Assembly (NCBI GenBank): GCA_965221775.1
Contig: CBDCSU010000001.1
Coordinates: 1 to 37,277, forward strand
Direction: 5' to 3'
DNA from: Candidatus Latescibacterota bacterium
Lineage (GTDB): Bacteria; Latescibacterota; UBA2968; UBA8231
Length of the DNA stretch: 37,277 bases
Shown: positions 1 through 8,699 of the stretch, piece by piece
Layout of the letters: each line of letters begins with the position of its first letter
How positions within the stretch are numbered: the stretch's first letter is position 1
Notes under the pieces: generated by a model
What the model was told of the DNA's origin: nothing
Database searches by the model: none
The model's input: only the letters and a program-made list of their open reading frames with translations
Position numbers and translations under genes: made by a program

Positions 1-1210
1 CCGTCGACGCGCGGTCGTCCTCGCGGGCCTGCTCGTCGGCCAGGGCCGCTTCCTCCCCCGGGGCGAAGGGCGAGGGGAAGGCCGGACCGCCGAAGAAGGG
101 GTCGGTGACGCCGGTCACGCGCTCGCGGATCTGCCGGTCCCGGGTGGCGGCGGCAATGGCCGCATCGATGTCGGCGACGCCGGGCAGGGCCTGCGGCTGC
201 CGCGCCTGCTCGAGGACGTCGCCCTGCTGCTGGAGGCGCTCGACCTGGGCCACGGCGTCGGAGACGAGCCCGAGGATCCGCGCCAGCTCGCGGCCGGCCT
301 CGTCGGTGACGGCGCGGCCGCTCAAGACCTCGAGCACGTCGCGGATGGGTCCGGTGTCCTCGGTGTCGACCAGCTGCTGCAGGCCGCGGGTGAGCGCGAA
401 GGCTTCCGCGGCGGTGATGTTCAGCTCCTCGCCCAGGGCCTTGACGTCGGTCAACAGCCGGCGCTCGTCCTGCACCGCGCGCAGGCCGCCGCGGCCGACG
501 GAGCGCGGCGCGGCAGCGCCGACCAGGTCCTCGAAGGAGGCCAGGTCCGGGCGGCCGCGCAGACCTTCCAAGGTGTCATCGAGGCCGCGGGTGAACCCGA
601 ACAGCCCGCCGCGGGGGTCCAGCGGTTCGGCCGCGGCCTGCTGCAGCTGCGCCAGGGCGCCGGCGATGGACGTCTGCACGTCGACGAGGCCGCGGCCGAT
701 CTCCACGTCGAAGCGGATCGGGTCCTGGTTCCGCAGGGCCTGGATCTCGGCGTTGAGGCCGGCGGCCCCGTCTTTCGCGTCGTCGAAGATGCGGTCCAGG
801 CGCTCGCCGGCCTCGGCGGCCGCGGAGATCTTGTCCTCGGCGTTGAGCAGGGCGTCCACGACCAAGGCACCGACAGCGGCCGCGCCGCCGGCGATCGCGC
901 CGGCCGGCCCGAACACCGACAAGATCTGCGTCCCCTGTTGCGCGAAGATCGTCAGGGCCCGGGTGCCGCTCTGGGCCTGCACGGCCACGTCCTGGACCTG
1001 CAGGGCCACCCCGCCAAACGCGCCGCGCAGGGCGCCCATGTCGCGGCCGGCCCGTCGCGCGCCTTGGGAGGTGGTCTGCGCGGCCGCCTCGGTGTGCCGC
1101 GCGAACTGCCGGACCTCGCGGCCCATGGCCCGGAAGTCGGAGATGACCGAAGCCGAGTCCGTGTCGACGTCGATGTGGAGGTCGGCGACGCGGCCGGTGA
1201 CCTGCGTCAT
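1..1210 (-). CDS. Tail tape measure protein (5' part; runs off the window)
   Basis: Not in the ORF track. ATG at 1210 overlaps the upstream stop (ATGA). Reads MTQVTGRVADLHIDVDTDSASVISDFRAMGREV...GGVALQVQDVAVQAQSGTRALTIFAQQGTQILSVFGPAGAIAG, the Q-D-Q..G...QQG.Q motif of lambda-type TMPs. Ala-rich and open to position 1. Confidence 0.9.
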   Translation of the reverse strand, partial: MTQVTGRVADLHIDVDTDSASVISDFRAMGREVRQFARHTEAAAQTTSQGARRAGRDMGALRGAFGGVALQVQDVAVQAQSGTRALTIFAQQGTQILSVFGPAGAIAGGAAAVGALVVDALLNAEDKISAAAEAGERLDRIFDDAKDGAAGLNAEIQALRNQDPIRFDVEIGRGLVDVQTSIAGALAQLQQAAAEPLDPRGGLFGFTRGLDDTLEGLRGRPDLASFEDLVGAAAPRSVGRGGLRAVQDERRLLTDVKALGEELNITAAEAFALTRGLQQLVDTEDTGPIRDVLEVLSGRAVTDEAGRELARILGLVSDAVAQVERLQQQGDVLEQARQPQALPGVADIDAAIAAATRDRQIRERVTGVTDPFFGGPAFPSPFAPGEEAALADEQAREDDRAST

Positions 1211-1770
1211 CGTTGGGCTCCTCCGCGGCGGGCCTGCACCACGGCGCGCAGCTGCTCAGACAGTTTGTCGCGATAGGCCCGCAGGGCTGCGCCCTCGGAC
1301 CGGACGGCGGCCGGCCGCAGCACCGGCCTCCTCCTCACCCCGCGCCAGGTGCGCCCCGAGCCCTTGCGCCGTCGCCGGCGGGTGCCTCGCTCGAGAAACA
1401 GCGCGTAGAAGACGAGGGGGTAGACGATGGTGACGGCGCGGTCCGAGGAGATCCGGACATGGAGGCGGTTCTGCGCCTTGCGGATCTCCCTGTTCCGGGA
1501 GGGCGCCGCGCGGCGGATCGTTCGCCTCAGCGCCCCGCGGCGCCGGTAGACGTTGGGCCCTACCCGACGGTTGCGCGGTCTTCGGGCCCTGCGGCCCCGG
1601 CGCCGACGCGGTGCCGCGCTGACCGGCGCGCCCTCGCGGGCCTCGTCGCGCACGACGACGCCGGCGGCGCGGACCCCGGCTTGGGCGCCCTGACGGACGG
1701 CGGTGGACAAGGCCAGCAGGGAGTCGAGGGTCCCCTTGACCCCTTCCACCCGCATCGCACGGATCGGCAC
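1207..1770 (-). CDS. HK97 gp10-like tail/neck morphogenesis protein
   Basis: N-terminal VEGV, then YALFLERGT and RPVLRPA motifs. Basic protein, coupled to the TMP gene. Confidence 0.75.
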   Translation of the reverse strand: MPIRAMRVEGVKGTLDSLLALSTAVRQGAQAGVRAAGVVVRDEAREGAPVSAAPRRRRGRRARRPRNRRVGPNVYRRRGALRRTIRRAAPSRNREIRKAQNRLHVRISSDRAVTIVYPLVFYALFLERGTRRRRRKGSGRTWRGVRRRPVLRPAAVRSEGAALRAYRDKLSEQLRAVVQARRGGAQR

Positions 1771-1771
1771 C

Positions 1772-2167
1772 TCACGAGCCCTCCTCGTCGTCGCGGCGGA
1801 CGGACTCGGCCCGGACCCACCGGTACGCGAGCCGGTACCACTCGGCCGCGCCGGCCATGGCCTGCAAAACGCGGACGTCGTCCTCGCGTTCGTTGAGCCT
1901 CGACAGCCAGCGCCACGCGGCCCACCCGGCCGCCTGCACGGCCAAAAGCTGCACCCCGATCCACGCGATCCGCTGTTGCCGGAGCCGCCGGAAGGCGTCG
2001 TGCAGCAGGCGCATCTCGAGCCGGGCCAGGTGGACGCTGGCCAGGGTGAGCTGCCAGCGCAGGGCGGACCGCCACGGCAGGGTCACCCCCGCAAGCGGCG
2101 CCTCGATCCTCGGCCGCTCCACGTCCCAGACGCCGGGCGGGCCGGCGGGTCCGGTGGGACTCCTCAT
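1772..2167 (-). CDS. Hypothetical protein
   Basis: ATGA overlap with the upstream gene; ends 1 nt before the gp10-like start. Contains a hydrophobic stretch. Confidence 0.6.
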   Translation of the reverse strand: MRSPTGPAGPPGVWDVERPRIEAPLAGVTLPWRSALRWQLTLASVHLARLEMRLLHDAFRRLRQQRIAWIGVQLLAVQAAGWAAWRWLSRLNEREDDVRVLQAMAGAAEWYRLAYRWVRAESVRRDDEEGS

Positions 2168-4668
2168 GCGGCGGGCTCCACGGCGGCTTCGAGGTGAATG
2201 CTGATGCGGCGCTGGAGGTTCTCCAGGTATGGGACGGTGAACCCGACATCGCCGTTGACGTTGACGTGGGACGCGTTCGCGGTGTCGTCGACGTTGTAGA
2301 ACACCGACCCCGCCGGGAACATCTTGCCCACGGTCAGGGCGGCTGCGTCGGCGCCGTCGGGGACGCTGCCCGGAGTCAAGCTGAAGCGATTGGTGCCGGC
2401 GCCAACGCGGTCGAAGGTCACTTGGTACTTGCCGTCCCAGGTGTCCATCTCCGCGCCGGCGTTCTCCTGCACGATGACGCGGCCGCTGAAGGCATCGGCG
2501 GCGATGTTGTAGTCGGGCAGATCGAAGATGACGACGAAGGGCTGGCCCCGCGACACCCGCGTGATGTTCTCATCGACGTGCTCCGACGGCACGGTCAGCG
2601 TGTGGGTCTTGCTCGTGTCGGAGATCAGTGCGTGTTCGAGGTCCTCGTAGTACCACATCCGCGACTGGTTGCCCATGTAGGCATGGAAGTCGCTGTTCAG
2701 CGTGTCGGTGCCGTTGCTGGTCGGCACCAGGGCGCCGTCGCGCAGCTCGAAGAAGAGGTTGTCCGGTACGGCCTGTCCGTAGATGTCCTGCGCGAGGATG
2801 AGGGTGCCCTCCAGCACGTCGCCGGTGAGGTGGCCGGAGAATCGGACCGTCGCCACATCGTGGACGTGGCGAATGTCCCTGAACGTACTGGGGCTGGTGC
2901 CGATGTAGTCGAGGTTGCTCCCCGAGCCCATCATCAGCCGCCGTTCGGCGCCGCTGGTGGCGAGGAACACGGACCGGGGCGTGTCCTGGCGGCGGATGGC
3001 CCCGTTCCAGACCGGGGTGTGCGTCGCGGCCTGGAGCGAGAGGATGTCCCCGTCGCGCAGCAGCCCGATGGGCGCCGGCCCGGCGCCGGCGGGGGCGTAC
3101 CAGTAAAAGCGCGCCCCGTCCGGCAAGTTGTCCACGGCCGGCGGTGAGGACGGGTGCTTCCAGTGCGACAGCGGCAGGGTGTAGCGCACCGCGCCGTCCC
3201 GCAACACCTGGATGCGCAGGCCGGCCGGGCCCTGGCCCGCCGGCAGCACGAAGGCCAGGCCGAGGTCGGCCACGTCGGCCGTCAGGGTCACCGAGCGCGT
3301 GGGCATGGTGTCGTAGTCGAGGCCGGCATACCCGGCGGCGATGTCGGCGTCGGAGGTGATGGCTGCCAGCTTGATATCGTCGTCGGTGGTGTCGACCCAG
3401 GCGTGGGAGCCCTCGTAGCCGATGGCCCGGGTGCGGTCCTCCAGGTCGGCCAGCTGCCGCTCCTCGAGGGCGTCGCCGAGGGGGTCTTGGGCTACCCTCC
3501 CGATCTGCGACACCGACACCCCGACGTGGGCCCATTTCAGGTGGACGAACGTGGCCGCCGCGCGCTGCGTGAAGTTGTTGCGGTTGTAGCCTCTCAGCCG
3601 GAAGAGGATCTTGGCGGGGAAGCCGTCGCGGAAGTCCTGAGCGGTCACGGTGTAGGGCTGCCCGTCGTCCTTCAGCAGGACGGTGCCGACGCCGAAGGGC
3701 GTCACGAGCGAGAACGCGTCGGCCGTCTTGGAGGACTCCCGGTTCTGCTGCAGCGAGAAGAACACCTCGCGCCAGATCGTGACCTGCTTGTCCTCGCCTT
3801 CCCACAGCCGGTACCCCACCGACATCCCGACGTTGAAGGTGACGGTGGGGGAGATCTCCAGTTCGCCCTCGTAGTCGATCGACAGAGGATCGCCCGGCCG
3901 CAGCCTCTGGGTTCCCGCATCGAGGAGTTCCTCGGTGTAGTCTGCGTCGACGGCGACGGTGGTCGACGTACTGACCTCCGTCAGTTTGAAGGCCGGCGTC
4001 GTGGTCTCATCCCACTTCTCGAAGAAGCTGTACCCGGCGCGGCCACCGCTCTGGCTGGCCAGGGCGGCGATGGCCTGCTTGACGCGCTCGGGCGACCAGG
4101 CGCGGCGCAGCTGGCTGGTCCCGGCCTCGGCGTCGGCCTCCGACACGGTCGGCAGCAGGTGTTCGAGGACCGCTCGCACGCTGCTGGTTCCCCGCACCAG
4201 CCAGACCTCGACAATGAAGATCTCACCGGCCGGGCTCTGGGCGATGATATGGCCAGACGCGTCCGAGTAGAGCAGGATGCCGGTGACGTTGCGGGCCGTG
4301 GCTTGCCGCAGGGCGCGGAAGGTGCCCACATCGAGGGTGACCACGTCCGCGGCGCCGCCGCTGCTGACCTCGAAGACCAGCAAACCGCCGTCCAAGGCCG
4401 GCAGCACGACGGCGCCGCCGACGGTCCCTGCCAGAGTGTGGGGGTTGTTCGTGGAGTGCGCCCCCATGTGGAGACGCACCAATCCAGCCCCATCCTTGGT
4501 CAGATCGGCGAGATAGCGGATCCAGTCCTGGACGCTATTGCCCGCCGGGGGAAAGTCGTTGCCGGAGACGCGCACCTTGGCGGCGTTGGCCGCGGGCTGA
4601 CGGCTGGAGGGCTCCAGGCCGGCCGGCGGCCGAATGGGGTTCTGCAGTTCAGGCAGGACGGGGGCCAT
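2164..4668 (-). CDS. Large virion fibre / receptor-binding-like protein (834 aa)
   Basis: Long ORF of normal composition, rich in T/D/G/V and apparently beta-rich, within the structural operon. No family recognised. Confidence 0.65.
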   Translation of the reverse strand: MAPVLPELQNPIRPPAGLEPSSRQPAANAAKVRVSGNDFPPAGNSVQDWIRYLADLTKDGAGLVRLHMGAHSTNNPHTLAGTVGGAVVLPALDGGLLVFEVSSGGAADVVTLDVGTFRALRQATARNVTGILLYSDASGHIIAQSPAGEIFIVEVWLVRGTSSVRAVLEHLLPTVSEADAEAGTSQLRRAWSPERVKQAIAALASQSGGRAGYSFFEKWDETTTPAFKLTEVSTSTTVAVDADYTEELLDAGTQRLRPGDPLSIDYEGELEISPTVTFNVGMSVGYRLWEGEDKQVTIWREVFFSLQQNRESSKTADAFSLVTPFGVGTVLLKDDGQPYTVTAQDFRDGFPAKILFRLRGYNRNNFTQRAAATFVHLKWAHVGVSVSQIGRVAQDPLGDALEERQLADLEDRTRAIGYEGSHAWVDTTDDDIKLAAITSDADIAAGYAGLDYDTMPTRSVTLTADVADLGLAFVLPAGQGPAGLRIQVLRDGAVRYTLPLSHWKHPSSPPAVDNLPDGARFYWYAPAGAGPAPIGLLRDGDILSLQAATHTPVWNGAIRRQDTPRSVFLATSGAERRLMMGSGSNLDYIGTSPSTFRDIRHVHDVATVRFSGHLTGDVLEGTLILAQDIYGQAVPDNLFFELRDGALVPTSNGTDTLNSDFHAYMGNQSRMWYYEDLEHALISDTSKTHTLTVPSEHVDENITRVSRGQPFVVIFDLPDYNIAADAFSGRVIVQENAGAEMDTWDGKYQVTFDRVGAGTNRFSLTPGSVPDGADAAALTVGKMFPAGSVFYNVDDTANASHVNVNGDVGFTVPYLENLQRRISIHLEAAVEPAA

Positions 4669-4672
4669 GGGT

Positions 4673-5929
4673 TCAGCTCACCTCGATGACGGAGCCGTTG
4701 ATGGAGCTGTTGACGGCGTTGGCGGCGGCCAGGAGATAGATCTGGTAGTCCACGCCGCTGATGGTGCGGGCCACGGCCGCCTCGATGCTCGGGGTGATGT
4801 CCAGGGAGGACTGCACCCAGCGAGTGGGCTGCTCGGCGCCGGCGGGGACCACCCAGACCAGGCGGTAGTACTGCCCGTCGTCGGGGATCCCGGCCACGGT
4901 CCACTCTCCGGCGGCGCGGCTGCGGGTGGCGATGACGCGCGCGGTCGGGTCGACGTCGGCGGCGGTTTCGTCGTCGTCGACGTACCCGAGGGTGACCCGG
5001 TCGCCGGCGCCCTGGGCCACGAGGAGATGGTCGTGCCAGGCGGTGGCCGCGTCGGTGCCCGGGGTCTGGCCGGCGCCGTAGACCTCGAGGCGCAGCGTGT
5101 AGGCGTCCCCGGCGTTGGCCAGGGCCACGCCGGCGGGGATCGTGAGGGTGCCGCGGCCGTGCACCAGGTCGCTCACCGCGGCCAGCACCTCGGCCGCGGC
5201 CGGGGTGACGCCGGTGTCGTCCTGGCCGGCGAAACCGACGATGCGGGCGCTGGCGGCCAGGCCGTGCTGAGAGACGGCCACGTCGTAGAGGTAGGTCCGA
5301 CCCGCGATGGAGCCGATCGGCACCAGGCGCTCGCCGTCCACGTCGAAGGACAGGATGGTGGGCGTCGCCCCGCCGCCGCCCAGGGCGTCGATCTGCGTCC
5401 AGGAGGCGGTGTCGACGGCCGGGTTGTCGGTGTCGTCGGCGTCGCGCGGCGCCTCGCAGATGTAGAAGGCGCCGGCGTGGCGGACGATATCGGCGACGCC
5501 GAAGACGCCGGCGGACCAGGCGCCCTTGAAGAGGGTCGTGTCCGTCACTGATGCGCGGGCCGGCGTCAGGGACTCCCATCCCGTCGTGTCCGTGGCCGGG
5601 TCGTCGGTGTCCCCCGACGTGCGCGCCGCCCGGCAGCGGTAGAGCCGCGCGTTGTGGACCGTGAGCTCATCGACGGCGAAGGCGCCGGCGGCCCAGGTGC
5701 CGCGGTAGCGGCCGGCCCCGATCAGGTCGCGCAGGGCCTTGCGCTCGGCCGCGGTCAGGCTGGCCGGGGGGTTGGCGAAGAAGAGGCCGATGACCTCGCG
5801 CACCGTGTCGGCCGCGGGCGCCTCGGCGTTGTCGCGGGACGCGCTGAACGCGACGAGCACGTCGCCGAGCCCGATGGCGCGTCCGGAGACGGCCGCGGCC
5901 TTGAGGTTGACCCTTGTCGCTTCGGTCAT
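4673..5929 (-). CDS. Virion fibre-like protein with two CBM5/12-like repeats (418 aa)
   Basis: Repeats YRGTWAAGAFAVDELTVHNARLYRC...DDPATDTTGW and FKGAWSAGVFGVADIVRHAGAFYIC...DNPAVDTASW. Confidence 0.7.
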   Translation of the reverse strand: MTEATRVNLKAAAVSGRAIGLGDVLVAFSASRDNAEAPAADTVREVIGLFFANPPASLTAAERKALRDLIGAGRYRGTWAAGAFAVDELTVHNARLYRCRAARTSGDTDDPATDTTGWESLTPARASVTDTTLFKGAWSAGVFGVADIVRHAGAFYICEAPRDADDTDNPAVDTASWTQIDALGGGGATPTILSFDVDGERLVPIGSIAGRTYLYDVAVSQHGLAASARIVGFAGQDDTGVTPAAAEVLAAVSDLVHGRGTLTIPAGVALANAGDAYTLRLEVYGAGQTPGTDAATAWHDHLLVAQGAGDRVTLGYVDDDETAADVDPTARVIATRSRAAGEWTVAGIPDDGQYYRLVWVVPAGAEQPTRWVQSSLDITPSIEAAVARTISGVDYQIYLLAAANAVNSSINGSVIEVS

Positions 5930-5933
5930 CGTG

Positions 5934-6077
5934 TCACTCCCAGGTCAGCTCGAGGTCGCCCCATTCCAGGGTCACGGTGTCCCAGACCAGGACCTGGCGG
6001 GGCGCGCTCGGCGCGTCGCCGCCGGACGGCCGCCGGCGGGACCGCCAGAACCCCCATCCCCACCCGAACCCGGGCAA
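5934..6077 (-). CDS. Small 47-aa protein with an N-terminal GFGWGWGF motif (head-spike fibre anchor-like)
   Basis: Below the ORF-track cutoff. TTG start after a G-rich RBS; reads MPGFGWGWGFWRSRRRPSGGDAPSAPRQVLVWDTVTLEWGDLELTWE; stop lies 4 nt before the next ATG. Confidence 0.6.
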   Translation of the reverse strand: MPGFGWGWGFWRSRRRPSGGDAPSAPRQVLVWDTVTLEWGDLELTWE

Positions 6078-6153
6078 CCCTACACCCCCGGAACGGACGG
6101 CGAAAGCGCCCGCCTCGCGCGCTTAGCGCCGGCCGCCGCCGGCCGAGGCGCCC

Positions 6154-6774
6154 TCACGGGGCGGCGGACCGGAACACCTGCACGAAGACGGTCCAGTCCC
6201 CGTGGGGGCGGACGGCCAGGCCCGTCTCCGTCCACTCGGGCCGGTGCAGGTTCATGCAGTGGCCGGGCGAGTCGATCCAGCCCTGCAGGGCCGCGCCCGG
6301 GTCCGGGTCGGCGGTGGTGAGGTAGATGTTCTCGCCGGCGCCCTGCCCGCGGCCGACGTAGGGGCCGGCGCGGCCGGCGAAGTCGCCATGGCCCTGCAGG
6401 CTTTCCGGGTTGTCGGCCCACAGCGCCGCCAGCTCCTCCAGGTCCGCGGCCCAGGCCAAGGGCTCGGCCGGCGCCTGCTCCTGCCCGTCGCAGGTCCCGC
6501 CGGCGGCCCGGCGGCCGTTGACCGCCTCCGCGGTCCGGCAGGCGACGGGCGCCCAGTCGCAGGCCAGGTCCTGGCCGTCGGCCGCGTCGGCCGCGGCGGG
6601 CGCGTCCTGTTCCGGGTTGGCGATGACGCAGCCCGGCAGATGGCGCACGGTCCGGGTACCGTCGACGGCCGTGCTGTCGGCCGGCGCCTCGTCCGAGCCT
6701 TCCGGGGCCGCCGGCGGCGGTGCGTCCCCGCAAGCGGTGAGGGTGAGCAGGGCGGCGATCAGCAGCAGGTGCAT
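6154..6774 (-). CDS. Lipoprotein with a CAP/SCP domain
   Basis: Signal peptide and lipobox MHLLLIAALLTLTA-C. C-terminal GENI and WIDSPGHCMNL...GLAV...VQVF motifs are typical of bacterial CAP domains. Confidence 0.85.
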   Translation of the reverse strand: MHLLLIAALLTLTACGDAPPPAAPEGSDEAPADSTAVDGTRTVRHLPGCVIANPEQDAPAAADAADGQDLACDWAPVACRTAEAVNGRRAAGGTCDGQEQAPAEPLAWAADLEELAALWADNPESLQGHGDFAGRAGPYVGRGQGAGENIYLTTADPDPGAALQGWIDSPGHCMNLHRPEWTETGLAVRPHGDWTVFVQVFRSAAP

Positions 6775-6804
6775 GGGGGGGTCCCCCCTTTCGGTGAGTT
6801 TTCC

Positions 6805-6987
6805 TCACTCGTCGCGGCCGCAGCAGAAGGCGACCCGCTGACCAAGGACGACGCTGCCGGTGCCATCCTCCCCGCCGTCGAAGTGGGCGAGGGTGACCGG
6901 AGCGGCGTCGAGGGCCGCCTTGACCTCGGCGGCGGTGAGGAGGGGATGCAGGACGAGGATCACCCGGGTGGAGTACTCCTCGATCAC
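6805..6987 (-). CDS. C-terminal half of the shared ~95-aa module (probably a frameshifted continuation of 6984..7742)
   Basis: RVILVL..LTAAEVKAALDA...GGEDGTG...VAF..G aligns with the insert in 8115..8696. Confidence 0.55.
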   Translation of the reverse strand: MIEEYSTRVILVLHPLLTAAEVKAALDAAPVTLAHFDGGEDGTGSVVLGQRVAFCCGRDE

Positions 6988-7742
6988 GATGCCGAGCCCG
7001 TGCCCTCCTGGGTCTCAATCTCCCAGGCGTTACCGGCGGCGCCGGGCGGGCGGGTGAGGGTGACGCGGAGGCTACCGATGCTGGTGTGCAGGTGGGCCGT
7101 CGCGTTCATCGTCGGCGGTGGCGGCTCCGGTGGCGGTGGCCGTTCGGGGTCAGGGTCACGCGGCGGCGGGTCCTGTACCTCCACCTCCTCCTCCGGCGGC
7201 GGGTCCTCCGGCGGCGAGCCAAGTGGCTTCGGTGGCCGTTCGGGGTCAGGGTCACGCGGCGGCGGGTCCTGTACCTCCACCTCCGGGCAGTCGAGGGCGT
7301 CGTCCGCGGTGGCGCCGGGCGCCATTTGCGGGGTCGGCGAGGGCCGGCCCGGCGCCGGACAGACCCCATGGCGGGCGTAGAAGTCACTCACCCAGGCCGG
7401 CACCGGGCCCCCGTAGTCATAGGCGGCCCCGCAGTCGCGGTCCGGCCAGGCCGGGCGGTAACCGCGCACCTCGCTGCACCGGGCCTTGGCGCCGCCGAAG
7501 TTCAGCCAGCGCCCCCCCGCCCGCCGGCAGTCCTCGATGTCGGATCTGTCCCACTCGTCGTAGTGGACATCGAAATGCACCGTGTCGGCCGACGCCGTGT
7601 TCACGAGCGTGCTGTCGGAGGGGATCAACTTCGCCGCCGGGGGCCCGGGCGGCCGAGGCGGTGCCAGCGGAGACTCGCCCGCGTCCCCGCAGTGCAGCAG
7701 GGCGGCGCCCAGGGCCAGGATGGCCACGGCTCGATATCGCAT
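6984..7742 (-). CDS. Pro-rich, Cys-containing putative lipoprotein
   Basis: MRYRAVAILALGAALLH-C signal/lipobox-like N-terminus, duplicated EVEVQDPPPRDPDPERPP, GGAGG-like RBS upstream. Confidence 0.7.
   Translation of the reverse strand: MRYRAVAILALGAALLHCGDAGESPLAPPRPPGPPAAKLIPSDSTLVNTASADTVHFDVHYDEWDRSDIEDCRRAGGRWLNFGGAKARCSEVRGYRPAWPDRDCGAAYDYGGPVPAWVSDFYARHGVCPAPGRPSPTPQMAPGATADDALDCPEVEVQDPPPRDPDPERPPKPLGSPPEDPPPEEEVEVQDPPPRDPDPERPPPPEPPPPTMNATAHLHTSIGSLRVTLTRPPGAAGNAWEIETQEGTGSAS
7134..7284. repeat. 55-bp perfect direct repeat (7134-7188, 7230-7284) encoding the Pro-rich linker
   Basis: cggtggccgttcggggtcagggtcacgcggcggcgggtcctgtacctccacctcc occurs twice, 96 bp apart. Confidence 0.9.
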
Positions 7743-7762
7743 GGGTGAAACCCTCCTCCCCT

Positions 7763-8110
7763 TTACCGGTCCTGGTGAGCGAGCCGGTCGAGCAGGACCC
7801 GCAGGTCGGCCCGGGCCTCGCCCTGGTGCGTGCGGATGGACCGCAGCTCGACGAGGATCTCCTCGAGCAGCTGCGACTGGTGCTGGTTCTGCAGGGCGGC
7901 GGCCTCGCGGTTCTCGCGGCAGGAGTTGAACTCGGACCGGAGGCGGGTCGGGTCGACGGGGCAGACCGGCGCCGCCGCCGGCTGCTGGTTGCGCTGCTGA
8001 TACCAGGCGGACCGGATGACGCCGACCCCGGCCCGCAGCAGCAGGGCGCCGGCGCCGGCCGCCGAGACGATACCCACCAGCCAGATGACCCAGGTCGGCG
8101 CGTCGCTCAC
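7763..8110 (-). CDS. Single-TM, coiled-coil membrane protein (holin-like or i-spanin-like)
   Basis: N-terminal hydrophobic helix WVIWLVGIVSAAGAGALLL followed by a helical Q/E/L-rich tail. Confidence 0.55.
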   Translation of the reverse strand: MSDAPTWVIWLVGIVSAAGAGALLLRAGVGVIRSAWYQQRNQQPAAAPVCPVDPTRLRSEFNSCRENREAAALQNQHQSQLLEEILVELRSIRTHQGEARADLRVLLDRLAHQDR

Positions 8111-8114
8111 GGTG

Positions 8115-8696
8115 TCAGCTCCAGGCGTCGATGACGGCCGTCGAGCTCTGCCGGACGACGGCGACCCTCAAGTCGAGGGGCTCGCCGGCGGTGACGTTGA
8201 TGACCAGGTCCTGCTCGTCGTCGACGAGCCGGCACACCAGCGACCCGGCCTTCTCGACGCGGACCCCCTTCGAGACGCGCCGCAGGGTGCGGTCGCCGGC
8301 GTCGCGGCCGCCGCGGAAGGCGACGGCCTGCATCCCGGCGGCAAACGTCCCGGTGCCGTCCTCCCCGCCGGTGTAGGCGGCGCTGGTGGCCGCGTCGGCA
8401 TCGAGGGCCGCCTTGGCCGCGGCCGCGGTGGCGCCGGAGGCCAGGGTCAGGGTGACGCGGCCCTCGTCGGTGTCGACGACGACCCCGGTCGCGTTGCCCT
8501 CGACGGCGACCAGGTCCCAGGCGTTGCCGGCGTCGCCGGCGGGGGCCTTCAGGGTGACGCGCAGGCCCCCTTTGGAGGTGACCAGGTCGGCCGTGGCGTC
8601 GATGCGGTCGAAGGCGCCGGTGCCGCCGATCCGCTCGTGCTGGCGGGCCGAGGCCATCGGCGAGTCGGCGTAGGACGGGATTTCCCAAGGGTCCAT
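8115..8696 (-). CDS. Head-spike base-like protein (resembles RcGTA Rcc01079) carrying a ~95-aa insertion
   Basis: N-terminal DP...DSP.AR and C-terminal SKGVRVEKAGSLVCRL...NVTAGEPLDLRVAVVRQSST resemble my recollection of the Rcc01079 pattern. Lies downstream of the capsid and adaptor genes. Confidence 0.6.
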   Translation of the reverse strand: MDPWEIPSYADSPMASARQHERIGGTGAFDRIDATADLVTSKGGLRVTLKAPAGDAGNAWDLVAVEGNATGVVVDTDEGRVTLTLASGATAAAAKAALDADAATSAAYTGGEDGTGTFAAGMQAVAFRGGRDAGDRTLRRVSKGVRVEKAGSLVCRLVDDEQDLVINVTAGEPLDLRVAVVRQSSTAVIDAWS

Positions 8697-8699
8697 CGG

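Noticed and set aside
105-1433. 442-aa plus-strand ORF and the many other long Arg/Pro/Gly-rich ORFs
   Set aside because: Antisense or off-frame shadows of real genes (here the TMP), caused by stop-codon scarcity at high GC.
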